From Mytilus trossulus (Eukaryota): a stretch of 64,000 bases of DNA. The position numbers and the translations under genes are program-made. The notes beneath the pieces are model-generated. The model did not search any database. It worked only from the letters and a program-made list of their open reading frames with translations, and had not been told where the DNA came from. Of this stretch, positions 1 through 13,597 are shown piece after piece. Numbering within the stretch: position 1 is the first letter of the stretch; the number at the start of each line of letters is the position of its first letter. The stretch lies in the NCBI RefSeq assembly GCF_036588685.1, contig NC_086375.1:14074001-14138000 (forward strand), in the 5' to 3' direction.

Positions 1-40
1 CAATAAGAAACATAAGGATTATTATCTATCATTTAGTCAG

Positions 41-381
41 ATCTGACTGACACTGAAAACGACATCACCATCGAGGATGGTATTGATTTCTTCAAAACAG
101 ACAACTGTAATGTGCAGATGAACAATGAATACAACAACATCCCACCTAAAAGTCACATGAACATAAGCAATGATGGTATTGTTTTTATCAGAACACTTAA
201 CTGTAATAGACAGATCGACAAGGAATACAACAACATCCCACCCAAAAGTCACATGAACCAAAGGAATGATGGTATTGATGTCACCAGAACACTTAACAGT
301 AATGGACAGATTGACAAGGAACACAGCAAAATTCCACCTAAAAGTCACATGACTTCGTCTTCTTTCAGCAACATTCCTTAA
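41..381 (+). CDS. Probable terminal exon of an upstream gene (starts outside the window); three ~32-aa repeats (DGI...EYNNIPPKSHM)
   Basis: AG acceptor at 39-40 (atttagtcag). The frame is open from 43 to TAA at 379-381. A 96-bp tandem repeat (gatggtatt at 76, 172, 268) preserves the frame. No recognisable homology. Confidence 0.55.
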
Positions 382-1532
382 ACTCACCATATAATGTTTT
401 TTGAGAGAAATTCAACCAATGGAAAAAAGTGACAAATTTTGTGTCTAAGCTTCCAAACTGTACACTTGTTATGAAACATATTTTTATAATGAAATTAAAC
501 ATTGTAGTGCAAGTTTTAAAAGCTCGTGTGTGTGTGTATGTGTGTTTTAAATAACAAAATTGTGATGTTGGAAATATTATAAATACATCTTGTTTTATTT
601 TACACACACACACATAAAAAGATTGACTTTTATAAATTGTGACTTGGACGAAGAGTTGTCTCATTGGCAACCAATCACATCTTCATATATTTATTTACAG
701 ACTAAGCCAAGGTTTTAATGTGGTAATTCACAAAGTAGCAGTCAACAGGAAAATAAATCACCTTTACACCTTAAACTAACACCTTAAGAATGAATGACGA
801 CTGTCCTTGTTCTTATTTTAAAATGCAGCAAGCTTAGAAAAAAGAAGTATGATCAAATATTATACGACTAAAATTATCGACCTTCCGCACTTGAGGCATA
901 CACTCTACTATGAGATCACTAAACTATACCATAGTCAATTTCAGTCGTTTTCCCTCATATTTGTGTTTAAGCAGTTTTGTGTAGGGCGCATTCCCTTGAA
1001 CCAGGAGTATGACAAAGAATGTCTCGTTTTTTTTTTCTAAAAAGGTTTATTGGATGGTACAAAGACCCTGTTGATAAATATTGCCTATCAACTTCACAAA
1101 TAATACACGACTGTTTTGAAGTATAGATTATAATGTTCTTTTATTTGTCTTTATTAATATTACCTTTACTGTTTGGTCTGCTTTTGGTCAAGTTCATTTG
1201 ACGTGGCTCTGTATTTAAACATCCCGTCATTGTGTTGTTTGCACTATCTTTCAGTGTTTTATTGATGGATTTGGCATACATCGATCAAATCAAAAAATGT
1301 GAAAGCGTTTGCAGAGGTTGTTTGGTTGAATATATGCCTTATTGTGCTTCTTTGTTAAAAATTTAAAATTGAGAATGAAATTTGGGAATATGTCAAAGAC
1401 ACAACACCCCGATCATAGAACAGGCAACAGCAGAAGGTCACCATAGGTCTTCAATGCAGCTTGAAATTCCTTCACCAGGAAGCGTCCTTCAGCTGGTCCC
1501 TGAACAAATATATATAATAGTTCAGTAATAAT

Positions 1533-2171
1533 TGTCACAAATAGAAACTGTGTGTATCTGTGTCTGGGAAATGTGTAGTCCTGGAACCACACACATACAA
1601 TAAACAGTACGACAAGTCTGCACGGACTCTAACTCTGGGACTAACTCTTGTAACAAAAGACGACTTTGGTAAGCGCGATGTATAATCTAATAAGTTTAGC
1701 ATGGAATACAATTGTACAGAGTTGGAACTGCTCAGTGTAATACTAAATCCAATCTGCCACATCAAAATAATAACAAAGATTATACAGCAATCCAAAAACT
1801 AATTTAATAGACTTGACAAATATTTCTCTAAATTAGTGAGAAATTTCAATTAATGGTTTTCAGAAAAAATAGCACATAGATAATGATAATCAATAGAACA
1901 TACAAACTTATTTATGGAATTAAAGTCTTGGCTTGTCATATATGAATAATAGATCGTTTTGAAGTAAAATGTCGCTAATTGAAAAAACAAATTAAAACAT
2001 AAAATAAGATTAGCTTAATCTTCTTAACTTGAATTAAATCTTGCATAATAAAAATAACAAAATCCCTTAGTGAAATATTGCAAATATAGCAAAACAGTGA
2101 TTTTACAAAATCTTTTATAAAATGACCGAAAAGTCTCAAAATCATTTTTTGTCCATTTTTCCACTGTGACA
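1533..2171. mobile_element. Probable solo LTR (639 bp), Gypsy-like
   Basis: Termini TGTCACA...TGTGACA with 4-bp TSD TAAT (1529-1532, 2172-2175). It splits a dispersed repeat that runs ~1370-1532 and resumes at 2172. Confidence 0.7.
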
Positions 2172-3450
2172 TAATGAACGCCAAATGTACACAATAAACT
2201 AAATTTAAAAGTTACACAAGACTAGCAAAGGTCAGAGGCTTCTGATTTGGGACAGGCGCAAAAATGCGGCAGGGTAAAACATGTTTATGAGATCTCAACT
2301 CTCCCCTATACCTCTAGCCTTATGTTTGTTTTTGTTGTGATTAAGATGCGTGTGGTACTTACACGTCCTCTCATTTTTTTGTTTTAAATATTCTCATTTT
2401 ATTTGGCATTGAGCTTATTCGTCTAGTTATTGTTTTATTGATAAACTTGTTTGTTGTTATCTTTTATATATGTTTTGTGCTTTGTCTGTATGCCTTTTTA
2501 TATTTCTTGGTTATATTTGATGTGGCTCTGTACTTATACGTCCCGTCATTGAGTTATTGTACTATGAAAAATTAATGCCAATGTGTGCTTCTTTGTTACA
2601 TATTTGTTTGTTTTTTTAATTTAGATTATAAAAAAATATATATTGACTGCTGTATATTTGATATTTGTATATATAATGTCTGCTTGCTTTGTTCACGCAT
2701 CGTTGTCAATATAATGGAAATTAATGCGACTGTTATTCAAGTGAGAGGCTTCGCTAGCTATAAAACCAGATTCAGTCCACCATTTTCTGCGTAAAGAAAA
2801 TACCGGCACCAAGTCAGGAATATTAGGTTGTTGTCAATTCGTTTAAAGTGTTTGAGATATTGATTTTGCCAGCTGATTAGATAGATATAGGAAGATGTGG
2901 TGTGAGTGCCAATGAGACAAATCTCCATCCAAATAACAATTTAAAAATTAAACCATTATAGGTTAAAGTACGGCCTTCAACACGGAGCCTTGGCTCACAC
3001 CGAACAACAAGCTATAAAGGGCCCCAAAATTACTAGTGTAAAACCATTCAAACGGGAAAACCAACGGTCTAATCTATATAAACAAAACGAGAAACGAGAA
3101 ACACGTATATATTACATAAACAAACGACAACTACTGTACATCAGATTCCTGACTTAGGACAGGTGCAAACATTTGCAGCGGGATTAAACGTTTTAATGTG
3201 CCCAAACCTTCTCCCTTTTTCTGAAACAATAGCATAACATCACAACATATAAAAACATACGATAAAATATCAATTAGCAGACTTAACTCAATCAAAAAAC
3301 GTATGATTACACAATGAACGAATAAATTTGATCTGCGATATCTGAATACAAATGCACGAACTTATATATAGAAATTGACTGAGGATCATTTGAAAATTAA
3401 ACTAAACGAAAAAAAGAGATGAATTCAGCATCCCAATTGTGATCTTCTCC

Positions 3451-3815
3451 TTGATAACTATTGACAGCACTGGGTCGATGCCACTACTGGTGGACGTTTC
3501 GTCCCCGAGGGTATCACCAGCCCAGTAGTCAACACTCCGGTGTTGACATGAATATCAATAATGTGGTCATTTTTATAAATTTCCTGTTTACAATACTTTG
3601 AATTTTTCGAAAAACTAAGGATTTTCTTATCCAAGGCATAGATTACCTTAGCCATATTTGGCACAACTTTTGGGAATTTTGAATCCTCAATGCTCTTCAA
3701 CTTTGTACTTGTTTGGCTTTATAAATATTTTGATTTGAGCGTCACTGATGAGTCTTATGTAGACGAAACGCGCGTCTGGCGTACTTAATTATAATCCTGG
3801 TACCTTTGATAACTA
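3451..3815 (+). mobile_element. Retrozyme monomer (355-bp unit plus 10-nt terminal redundancy), subfamily A
   Basis: ttgataacta at 3451 and 3806 (period 355). Contains a hammerhead core. Flanked by ttctcc direct repeats (3445-3450, 3818-3823) inside a Penelope-like RT remnant. Confidence 0.8.
3739..3782 (+). ncRNA. Type I hammerhead ribozyme (intact core)
   Basis: GCGUCA-CUGAUGA-GUCU/UAUGU/AGAC-GAAA-CGCGCG-UC^UGGCGU. Stem I GCGUCA:UGGCGU, stem II GUCU:AGAC, palindromic stem III ACGCGCGU. GUC cleavage after 3776. Confidence 0.9.
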
Positions 3816-6404
3816 TATTCTCCATTTTTAAACCAAGAGTTCCAAATGGTGAAGTTGAAATCATCGCTTCGTAAACTTGCTATCGCGAGTTGGTAAACCA
3901 TTATAGAATATCCGTTTCACATATGATATCAGATATGTTCCTCAGGTAGCACTACATAGTTAGAAAAAAATATTAAAATTTGATCTTATAGATTTTACCA
4001 TCACTTTTCATTGCTTTCTTTCAATATTAAGCTTACTGTTTGTGTCATTCATGTACATGTATATGTATGTGTTTAGAATCTTCAGTAATAAAATAGTAAA
4101 ATATAATTTCTTGTGTGTGTATCTGTGGCAACAATCTGCATTTATTTGTTTAAAAAAGTGTGGGGGTGGTCACATATTTCCCAACAATTTGGCTAAAAGT
4201 AGAATTTCGATCGCTTGAGGAAATACTTTTTTTTTGTTTTTTGAAACTGTTTCCATATATTTTTCAATAAATCCAATGAAAATAATATGTCTTTCGTCTC
4301 ATTTTCTTGTAAAAATGCTTCAAAAACTTCGTGCAGAAAAAAGTCTTTGTATACATTGCATTACATTCGGGGCAGATGGACGGTCTAGCTATGGAAATCA
4401 AAGAGTCAAACAGAAAATAGCCAATAAAACATGTAAACAATGATCTTGTTGTTCCTATTAAATAGATTTACTTATAGAAGCGTTCAATTCTTAAAACTGT
4501 AAGGTTATGCTGAAAATGTATAATTGGGAAAACATTTAAATACATGTGTGGCTAATCGGAAATATATTATGTTGTCCTAAATTACAACTCTAGGGTAAAA
4601 GAAAAAGGTTTTAAGACCAAGAATGTCTTATTTTCTTTTTCAATTTCTTTTTAAAAATCCCGGCCTATTTGCAATAATTTTAATGTTAATTGTTTGTGCT
4701 CAGAATATGTAAAATATTCAGAATAAGAAAAATGTGGACCGATTCATGCGTGGTATTAGTAAACACTTCAGTTAATACCTGTAATTACTAATCAGATTGA
4801 TAATATATTGGCCGAAAACGTTAAAGGGTTTTAGACAAAAAGGAACTAAATAGAATACCATACGGCTAACTCTTACTGAGGGAGTTGTAAGTAAAGGGAT
4901 ATGAATTGTAGGCTGATTTGAGGGGATTAGAAATCAAAGGTCCTTTCAATTAAATTTGAAACAGTTTGTTTTTTTCTATTTTCAAAACTATGGGAACTCT
5001 TCATCACACGAAAAAACAATTCAAGAAAAAAAAGTACAGAATGGGATCATCCTTTTAGTTTCTCAGTGCAGGTCACTAGTACGGTTTGCTTAATGCAAGG
5101 GGCAACTTTCTTCAATACTGATGACGTTGTATGTAAAAGATTTTTAAATGGAATTTCTAAGTAATGGTGATTCGACGTATTACGTACAGTAATTGTTTTT
5201 TTATTGGCTTATGCATGATGATGATATGATTGCTTTCTGATTCTGTAACAGTTACTTGGTATAAAAAGGAAGACCCATTTGTGGCCTTGGCGATTGTTTT
5301 TACTCTGGAATCTGGTTTTTGTCTCTTTGACACAATCCCCATTTCTATTCTCAATTTTGTTGAACTCTCATAAACGGAGTTTTACAAAACAGGACGGAAG
5401 GTACCAGAGGGACAATCAAACTCATCAATCGAAAATAAAGTCTACAAAAACAATTCTATCATACAAATTATCTTATTTAGAAAAGGTGGTTTTATGAGGG
5501 TAAAAGAAAAATGGTATTTTCATGGTAATGTAATTGACATAAATAATAAGTTTTGTTACTTAGGAGTACTACTGATTTCAAACGGTACACTCTTTTAAAA
5601 CTCAGAAATATTAGCTGAGCAATATATATTGTTGATAAAAGAAAATGCCTGTACCACGTCAGGAATATGACAGTTGTTTTGCATTCATTTGGTATGTTTG
5701 AAATTTTAAATCACCATATAATAAAGGACTTTCCTTTTCTATTTTCCACTGAGTTCGCTATTTTTGTTATTTTTGTTTAAAGAAAACCCCTAAACTGAAA
5801 ATGCCAAAAGAAACAACATTGCAATTGATTTTTAATCTTTAACCCTTCAACCTAAATTTTGAAAAGTACATGAAAGTTATACTGCAATGAAAATGGGATA
5901 TTGTTTTACTCAAGGTTTTTTTATTTTATAGAAATATGTACGATGTGGTATCAGTGCTAGTGAGACGATTTCTATATCCAGGTCACAATGTGTAAAAGGA
6001 AACCATTATGGTCACTGTACAGCCTTCAACATGGATTCTTGGCTCACAGCGTTTTAACCTATGCGAATGTTTAAGGATCTTAATATAGGTCACCTCTTGG
6101 ATAGCTCCAATCTGATTCTAGCAATTGTAAGGTAAGCTCGATCTGTGTTAAAACAACTCAAGATCGCCTCTAGCTCAGTTAATTAACATAGTGCATGGTT
6201 AAGAACATCTTTAAATAGCAAATCAACAGTACATGTTTACCTATACCATTTTTCGAAAAATCAAATAAATATTTTCATATATTAAAAACAATTGTTTGAG
6301 TACAATATATTTTTACTATATTAAGCAACGGTACAATATGTTTGTCTGTTATTGTTTTAATTTGATAATTTTGACTCCCATGTTCTTGTGGTGAAGAGCA
6401 TTGA

Positions 6405-6930
6405 TTAAAGTCATTAGAAACGAGTGACCAGTGAAAAATAATGTTCTTCCAATTCTTGAACCAATGCATACAAATATCATAATCTTAGTCTTCTGTCATC
6501 GAATTGATCATTTTTTTCGTGTAATTTTCGTTTAATCGTCAATTTTTTTTCCACCGGTCAGTGTTGTTGTGAAATATGGCAGGTAATTAAAGTTCGTGTT
6601 TTGAAGCCGAAGTCTAACGATTGTCACCTGTTTGTCAAAAATTGACGAAAAATAAACAAAAAAGCATGGAAATTGAGCACGTGTTTAACATGTAAATTCA
6701 GATAATAGTTTATTTTAAGGACATCCATGCGTATTGTGATCACCGGATTTTTACGAGATGGGTCACACTGAGGTCACTTTGCATACGGAAAATATGTCGA
6801 GGGAATTAGCAATTAAAATTGAGTAAACTTCTTCTAAATATGAATAAATTAAAGAATTTTCTTCAGAAAAAAGTATATGTACATAAGTTTTATAATGAAA
6901 ACTATCCATTGAGTTATAAAAAAAACATAA
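6405..6930 (+). repeat. Dispersed repeat, second copy at ~53865-54390
   Basis: Shared blocks ccaattcttgaaccaatgcat, ggtcactttgcatacggaaaatatgtc and tataatgaaaactatccattg in the same order in both places. Confidence 0.7.
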
Positions 6931-9049
6931 TACATATCTTTGTCAACAGTTAGTAAATATGTCTAAAAATACATTTTAAAATTAGAAATTACTGGTAATA
7001 ACAGGTCAGTTTCAATTGTTTCATGTTTATATTAACTAAGTGCTTCAAGTATTCATATATTTCCTAGTAATTACATGTCATTCCTAATTTCCTATATGTA
7101 ACATATATATATAATTTAAAGAGTAAATATCAATTTTCTGAAAACGAGAAGGTGTCAATATTCTAAAAATATCATATCAAACTGATTATAGAGTTCAAAG
7201 TCGACACTTTATCTAGCCGACTTAAACAAAATATGGAAAAGGGAAGCAAACGAGTCATTACAAATATTTAAAATACAAGGTAGGAGATTATTTTTCATTT
7301 TAATCTAAATATATAAATGTATTGACTGAATTATTATTTAGAGCAGTGGTGAAGTGAAAACAAGTGAAGTAACACTTCGTTCGAAACAAGGAAAACAATC
7401 AATCGGTTATTTATAATGAAAACAATTGAAGTTATTTCTTAAACATAACCTTATATTTTGACAAATAATCTGCTAAATTATTTTATTTCATTAATTTGTT
7501 GATTGATTTGATTGTCAGTAGTATTGTGCTATTTGGGAATTTTTTTTGTGGAGGAAGGCGGAGTGCCAAGGAGGACCACCAACCTTCGGTAAGAAAACTA
7601 AGAAAACTAACAGTCATAGCCAATCAAGATTGGAATATAGCACACATGTCAAATTTGGCATTCGCACACATCACCTGACCTTTTTACAGACTAGGCCTGG
7701 GATTACATGTGTGGTTACAACTGTAAATTTAACCTTGTCCCTCGGATTTCTTATGTTAAGAATTACCAAGTGTTAGAATATGTATAAAGTGCCAAGAAAA
7801 TCAACATAACAATGTAAGAGCAGATCTGATTCTTTTACTTCCTCCCTGACAGGAACTGAAACCTGTATATTTCTCTTCCTACTTCTACAAATAGTATATA
7901 GTAAAATAGCAAATTCAAATTCTATTGTCATATTATATTATTTATCAGGATGATAGTTAATAAACTTGTTACACTGCTATTTAGGATAATAAGTTTATGG
8001 TTAAATATATTTTATTTGCAAAAGTAGCAGAAGGGATTTGACACAAGTTATAACAACATTAGAGACGATCTCTCCCAGTATAAATATAAACAAAAAGTAC
8101 ATTAGATAATGACGAAAAAACATAGTTGGAATGCATGTCATACATGCTACAAACAAAAATTAAAAATAAAAAGTCGAAACAAAAATACAATTTAATAAGG
8201 AATAATAATGAAAAAACTGGACTGCAGTGAAGGGTTGCAAAGTAGAAATTTAACATGTTAATTGATTGTTTTAAATCTTTGTGTTATTCTTAAATTAGAT
8301 TGTACGGACTCAAAAATGTCTTTGTTTTGCTGAAAATAAATGTCACCGTCACCAGCTTATAGAAGCTCAATGGATATATCATATCCTTCTAATTTTTAAA
8401 ACAGTATTTCTCTTGCTTCGTTGTGAAAAACGCACTTTAAAAAATATAGTATACTATCTTCAACAGGGTGGCCACAGCTGCATGCGGGACTAGGTTTAAT
8501 ATAAACACGATATAATTTGATTTTGAATGTAACGCGTCTTCTGTTTGGCAAACGTTATTTTGTAATGAGCCCATAGACATAATTTAGTCATGGTTTTATA
8601 CGGTTTAGAATGGAATTTAGAATTAAATTATAAAAAATGATTGTAATATTTTTTCTGTCTATTCGAAATAACGCGCGTTATTCAGTGTGCACCACATTTT
8701 TTTTTTATATTTCTTCATCACTGTGTATCATCGCCACCGGAAATTGGATACTAACGAAGCGGAGAGAAATAGAAAAAAAAGTAAACAAGTTAAGAATTCA
8801 TTCAATTTAAAGCATTTCAATTCAATGGATGAGGGTGCCGATTAAGAAATGATTTTCTGATATATAATTCTTTAAAGAAATAGGCCGATAAATACAAAAT
8901 TAATAAAAGAATTTGTGTAATACTCCAAAACTTGCCACTTAGTACCGGAAAATTTTGAGGTCGATCGTCCTCTGTCGCCCCATTCTCAAGATATTGAACT
9001 GTTTTTCATTATTTTTTCAAACACGAAAGAAAGGGGAGAAATCCAAAAA

Positions 9050-9690
9050 AGTAATTATTGCATTTAAATTAAAAAAAAAATATTATACCAATTGAATAAG
9101 AAATATTGAATGCAAATGATTTTTATACCAATTGAATAAAAAATATTGCATTTGAATGAAAATTATAATGTTTGAATGAAAAATTCTAACATTTGAATAA
9201 AAAAATTTGCATTCAAATGAAAAAATATTGCATTTAAATGAAAAATAAAGGCAACAGTAGTATACCGCTGTTCAAAACTCATAAATCCATGGACAAAAAA
9301 CTAAATCGGGGTAACAAACTAAAACCGAGGGAAGCGCATTAAATATAAGAGGAGAACAACGTCACAACACCAAAACGTAACACACACAGAAACGGACCAA
9401 GCAACAGACAAAACACCACGAGAATAACAAATATAACATCAAAACCAAATACATGAATTTGGGATAGACAAGTAAAAAATTGTGCATTTAAATGAAAAAA
9501 TATACCTTTTAAATGAAAAATTATACCATTTGAATAAAAAATATTGCATTTAAATGAAAAAATATACCATTTGAATAAAAAAACACTTCATGTAAATGAA
9601 AAAATATACCAGTCAAATGAAAAAATATTGCATTTTAATGAAGAAATATACCAATTAAATATATAATACTGCAGTTAAATGAAAAATATC
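9050..9690. repeat. Degenerate ~21-bp AT-rich minisatellite (aatgaaaaaatattgcattta / aatataccattt) interrupted by a dispersed repeat at ~9244-9473
   Basis: The unit recurs on both sides of an aataaaggcaacagtagtataccgctgttc insertion. Confidence 0.7.
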
Positions 9691-10170
9691 GAATTTTTGC
9701 AACCAATACCATGCCAAAGTTAGGCATTTGTTTTGTACATCTAATGGATACTAAAACTTAAAAAGATTTCAACCGGCACATGATTGTCTTTACACGGTGT
9801 TTTGTGAGATGTAAACAAATCTATGTATGTCCAATTGTTATGATGAACTGTACGTTTATATTGATATCTATGACATTTTTAAAATGTGAATCATACCAGC
9901 GGCACATCTATATACAGATAAAAATTCTGATAGCCAATATTGGCGAAACCAGATTCGTAACTTATGTTAAATCAATTTCGATTTTTAATGCGTTGGAACA
10001 TAATGGGAACATAGGGTCACAAGCTAATTGCGATTAATGACAAACCCAGACGAACTCTTATTCCCATAACAAAATATAACTTTTAGAATAAATGGATGAT
10101 TATAGCTTTAAACGTGATTTTTTTTTTAATCAAAGGATTAAAATTGATTGTACGTTGTTATTTATTCATA

Positions 10171-10267
10171 GGTTAGACAATACATGGTCATGTTTTATGA
10201 AGATTTAAGCACAACGCGAAGCCGAGGGCTTAAATCTTTATAAAACATGACCAAGTATTGTCTGACC
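10171..10267. repeat. Long imperfect palindrome (~40-bp arms) with GCGAAGC in the spacer
   Basis: ggttagacaatacatggtcatgttttatgaagatttaagc pairs with gcttaaatctttataaaacatgaccaagtattgtctgacc. Confidence 0.8.
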
Positions 10268-11789
10268 AATTTAGAACATACACACATTCGAGTGACCTTA
10301 CAAAATTATCCTTTCCCATTGTAATATTCAAACATTTGAAGTGTTCACTTTTTATAATGAACTAAATGTAAAACTTAGGTTTAAATAATCATTTCAATGG
10401 ATGGAATGAAAAAGCTCGGACATAGTTTGTGAGGACCAAATTGTGGATAAATTGGGTTTTTTTTCTGCTTCAGGTAAAATTTTATACTTACATATCTTTA
10501 GATTTTTTTGTTTTAAAAAGCATCACATTGTTATATAAATCCCCTTTTTTGAAATTTCACTTTTTTTATAAATATAAAATTCTGTATGTATAGTTAAATT
10601 TATACCATTCAATTAAGTGTTACTTTTTATTGATAAATTTACATGTATTGTGTTTCTCCAAAAACAATTCTTTGCTTTAAATATCAACAGTCTGGCATTG
10701 TTTCTTGAAAAGACAATCTCTCCAATTTCAGGTATATAAATCAAATAAGTATTATTTTACATATATCTCACCCAAATTGATTTTGTTTATTTTATATATG
10801 TGTACCGTTAGAAAATGTATGAAAATTTGCTAAATTCAAAATGTTTTGATTTAATGTTTGCTCTTTCATCTTTAATCAGTAAGCTCTTCTCCCATGGAAA
10901 ATACCTCAGGGGATTGTTCACTTCGTTAGTTCAGTTATTAAGAGTTCACTTTCATAATTAACTGACAATGAAAAGTCATTCATGTATAGCATTTCATAGT
11001 GCATGGAAAACCGTGTACTATGAAAATTAGAGGGAAAACACTGACTTTTCATTGGACGAGGAGGGGTGAGTATGTTCTAATTGAAATAAAATCGACTGCA
11101 GAGCACTCGATATGGTAGAATATTTTCTTCGACGTGAACCTGTCTACACATATTTTTTTTTTTATTAATTTACCTGTTAAGATTTTGAAAATCACAATAC
11201 CAATTGTTCTGATCAGATGCACAATTTGACATAACGAAAATCTATGCGACTACCATATATGTGAGAGTTTAAGCTACCGATAAAACCAGGTTAAATCCTT
11301 CTTTTTCGACGTAAGGAAATACCTACAGCAATTCAGAAATGCGACAGTTGTTTTCTTTTCGTTTGATGTGTTTCAGCTTTTGAATTTGCCATTTCATAAG
11401 GAACTTTCCGTTTTATTTTTTTTCCTAGGAGTTCGGTATTTTTGTTATTTTACTTTTTTCGACAATGAATGTCTTTTCTGAGAGACCAAAATATTTGAAA
11501 ATCCAAACCTTATTAAAAAGAAAATGGAGACCTGATAAATAAAAAACGTACAAAATGTATAGCAAAAGTTAAATGCAAAAAAACAACATACATATTGACT
11601 GTGACCATGAGTTAACTACTATATTTTGTTTACATGTTTTCAGTATTATCTTGACAAAACCTATCTACGGTAGGTATAACAGAACCTCTAATAGAATTAA
11701 TATTAGGGGACATTGCCCTACGATGATGATGTTTATGTACTGTCTGTGTGTTCCTGCTTATCATAAGAAAAAAAAACGAAAGACATGAG

Positions 11790-12035
11790 TATTTGGTCCT
11801 CAATGCTCTTCAACTTCGTAATTTATTTGGCCTTTTAAACATTTTTTTTATTCGGGCGTCATTGATGAGTCTTTTGTAGACGAAACGCGCGTCTTGCGTA
11901 TCTATGATGAGTTCATATACATGTAAGAAGACGATACATTTGTTTTAGCCTTTTAAACATTTTTAAAAACGAGCTTCACTGATGAGTTTTTTGTAAACGA
12001 AACGCGTGTCTGGCGTATCTATGATGAGTTTATAT
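11790..12035 (+). mobile_element. Two truncated retrozyme subfamily-B fragments, each with a hammerhead (11856-11899 core UUGAUGA; ~11973-12016 core CUGAUGA)
   Basis: gcgtca-ttgatga-gtct..agac-gaaa-cgcgcg-tc and gcttca-ctgatga-gttt..aaac-gaaa-cgcgtg-tc-tggcgt; each is followed by tctatgatgagtt. Confidence 0.75.
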
Positions 12036-12319
12036 ACATGTTAGAAAACGATCTAAATCAGTCCTGGTACTGTAAAAAATTATCGCAAAAGAAATTTAAT
12101 TAAAATCATTCAATTAAAAAAACCTTTTTACACATTTAGATACATTCATGTCTTCTTTTTTCAGTTAATTTACCAGATGAAATAGTGGTTTTCATCATTA
12201 GTGAGGCAACAACAAAGACGTATGCCAGCTTGAAAGCCACGAAATTTGCCATATAACTATTAGTTTGTTTTAATTGTTTCAACGTTTATGGTTAGCAAAG
12301 GAATAAAGAACACATTACT

Positions 12320-12536
12320 ATGGCTTCTCTTTCTGTAGAGGAAGAAAACTATGTTCGAATGAGCTTGTTCTTGACAGGAATTTCTCCCCGTGCAGCTAGA
12401 GCCTTTTTTGATAGTGAGTTTGCTCCCGCGTGTTTAGATGCGTCAATAAAGAAAGAGTATAACAAATTGCTTGCCTTGAAACAGGAACATAGAATCAACC
12501 AATCACAGTGGAACCTTCTGTTTCCAAGATTTCCTG
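12320..12536 (+). CDS. HEPN-coiled coil-STAND-ankyrin (NLR-like) gene, coding exon 1 (start of DZIP3-like HEPN domain)
   Basis: ATG at 12320. EEENYVRMSLFLTGISPRAARAFFDSEF...INQSQWNLLFP is typical of invertebrate DZIP3-like HEPN N-termini. Donor G|gtaagt at 12537; phase 1 matches exon 2. Confidence 0.85.
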
Positions 12537-13597
12537 GTAAGTGCATACAAAATTGTATAAGATATGTTATAAAATTCCCAAAAATACTACTGTATATCAT
12601 ATTTATGTCCAAAGCTTCTTTTCTTAAGATGTCAAAGTGCATCAAGTGTAAATCTTAAATCTTATTTCTAGTATTTTAATTTTTTTGTTAACACCAAACA
12701 CGCATAGAATTTAAAAAAATGATTATTCTTGCGATGATAAATTAAATTATCCTTTGCAGATAAACTATTTGGAAGAGGTTTTTTTTTAAATTCAAAGGTC
12801 ACAGTTCACGTCTCTGCACACAACCTCACAACTTTCAGAAAAAACAATGATTCCAAATTTTACTTTATATCTGCTTATTTGATTGAATCAAATTCATATT
12901 GAATGTTTATGATAGATGGACAGCAGAGAAAGTATAATTGGTCTCTAAAGTTTAGATTTAATTCGTCAAAGTTAAAGAGCTTTGTTTCAATCAACACATT
13001 TTTAATATATACACTGTTAAGCATACCAAAGTTCAATATGACATCCCCAACACATTAAATAACATATTACATTTTATCCAATAGCGTGTCATGTGAAACT
13101 TTTTTTAAATTTTGTTCAGACCCAACTGGACACAACACAAACTGGAAAATCAAATGAATTGAATGTGTTCATAAAAACCTTAGTTGACATTTTAATTAAA
13201 GGTAAAAACAATAACCCCACACTTGTCGTTATGTCATATCTTGAATAGATATAGTGAGATATGGTATGAGGTCATGAGGACCAATGGGACAACACTCTAT
13301 CTAAGTCACAATTTGTAAAAGTGTACTTTTATAGGACAGAGGAAGAAATTCAACACGGAGCAGTGGCTCACACCTATTTTCAAGCTTTAAAACACCCCAA
13401 AAATGATTATTGTAAAACCATTCAAACAGGGAACAAACGGTTTGATCTTTAAAAAAACGAGAAACAGTTATGAACCTATCAATAACTGACAACCACTGAA
13501 TAACAGGATCCTTACTTAGGACAGGTGCATAAAAATACAGCGGGTTTTAACGTTGTGATAGGCACCAATCGTCACCCTAAATTGAAACAATAGTTAA

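Noticed and set aside
7340-7385. AAGTGA repeats resembling IRF/ISRE sites 5 kb upstream of the NLR-like gene
   Set aside because: Short motifs are expected by chance and the TSS is unknown.
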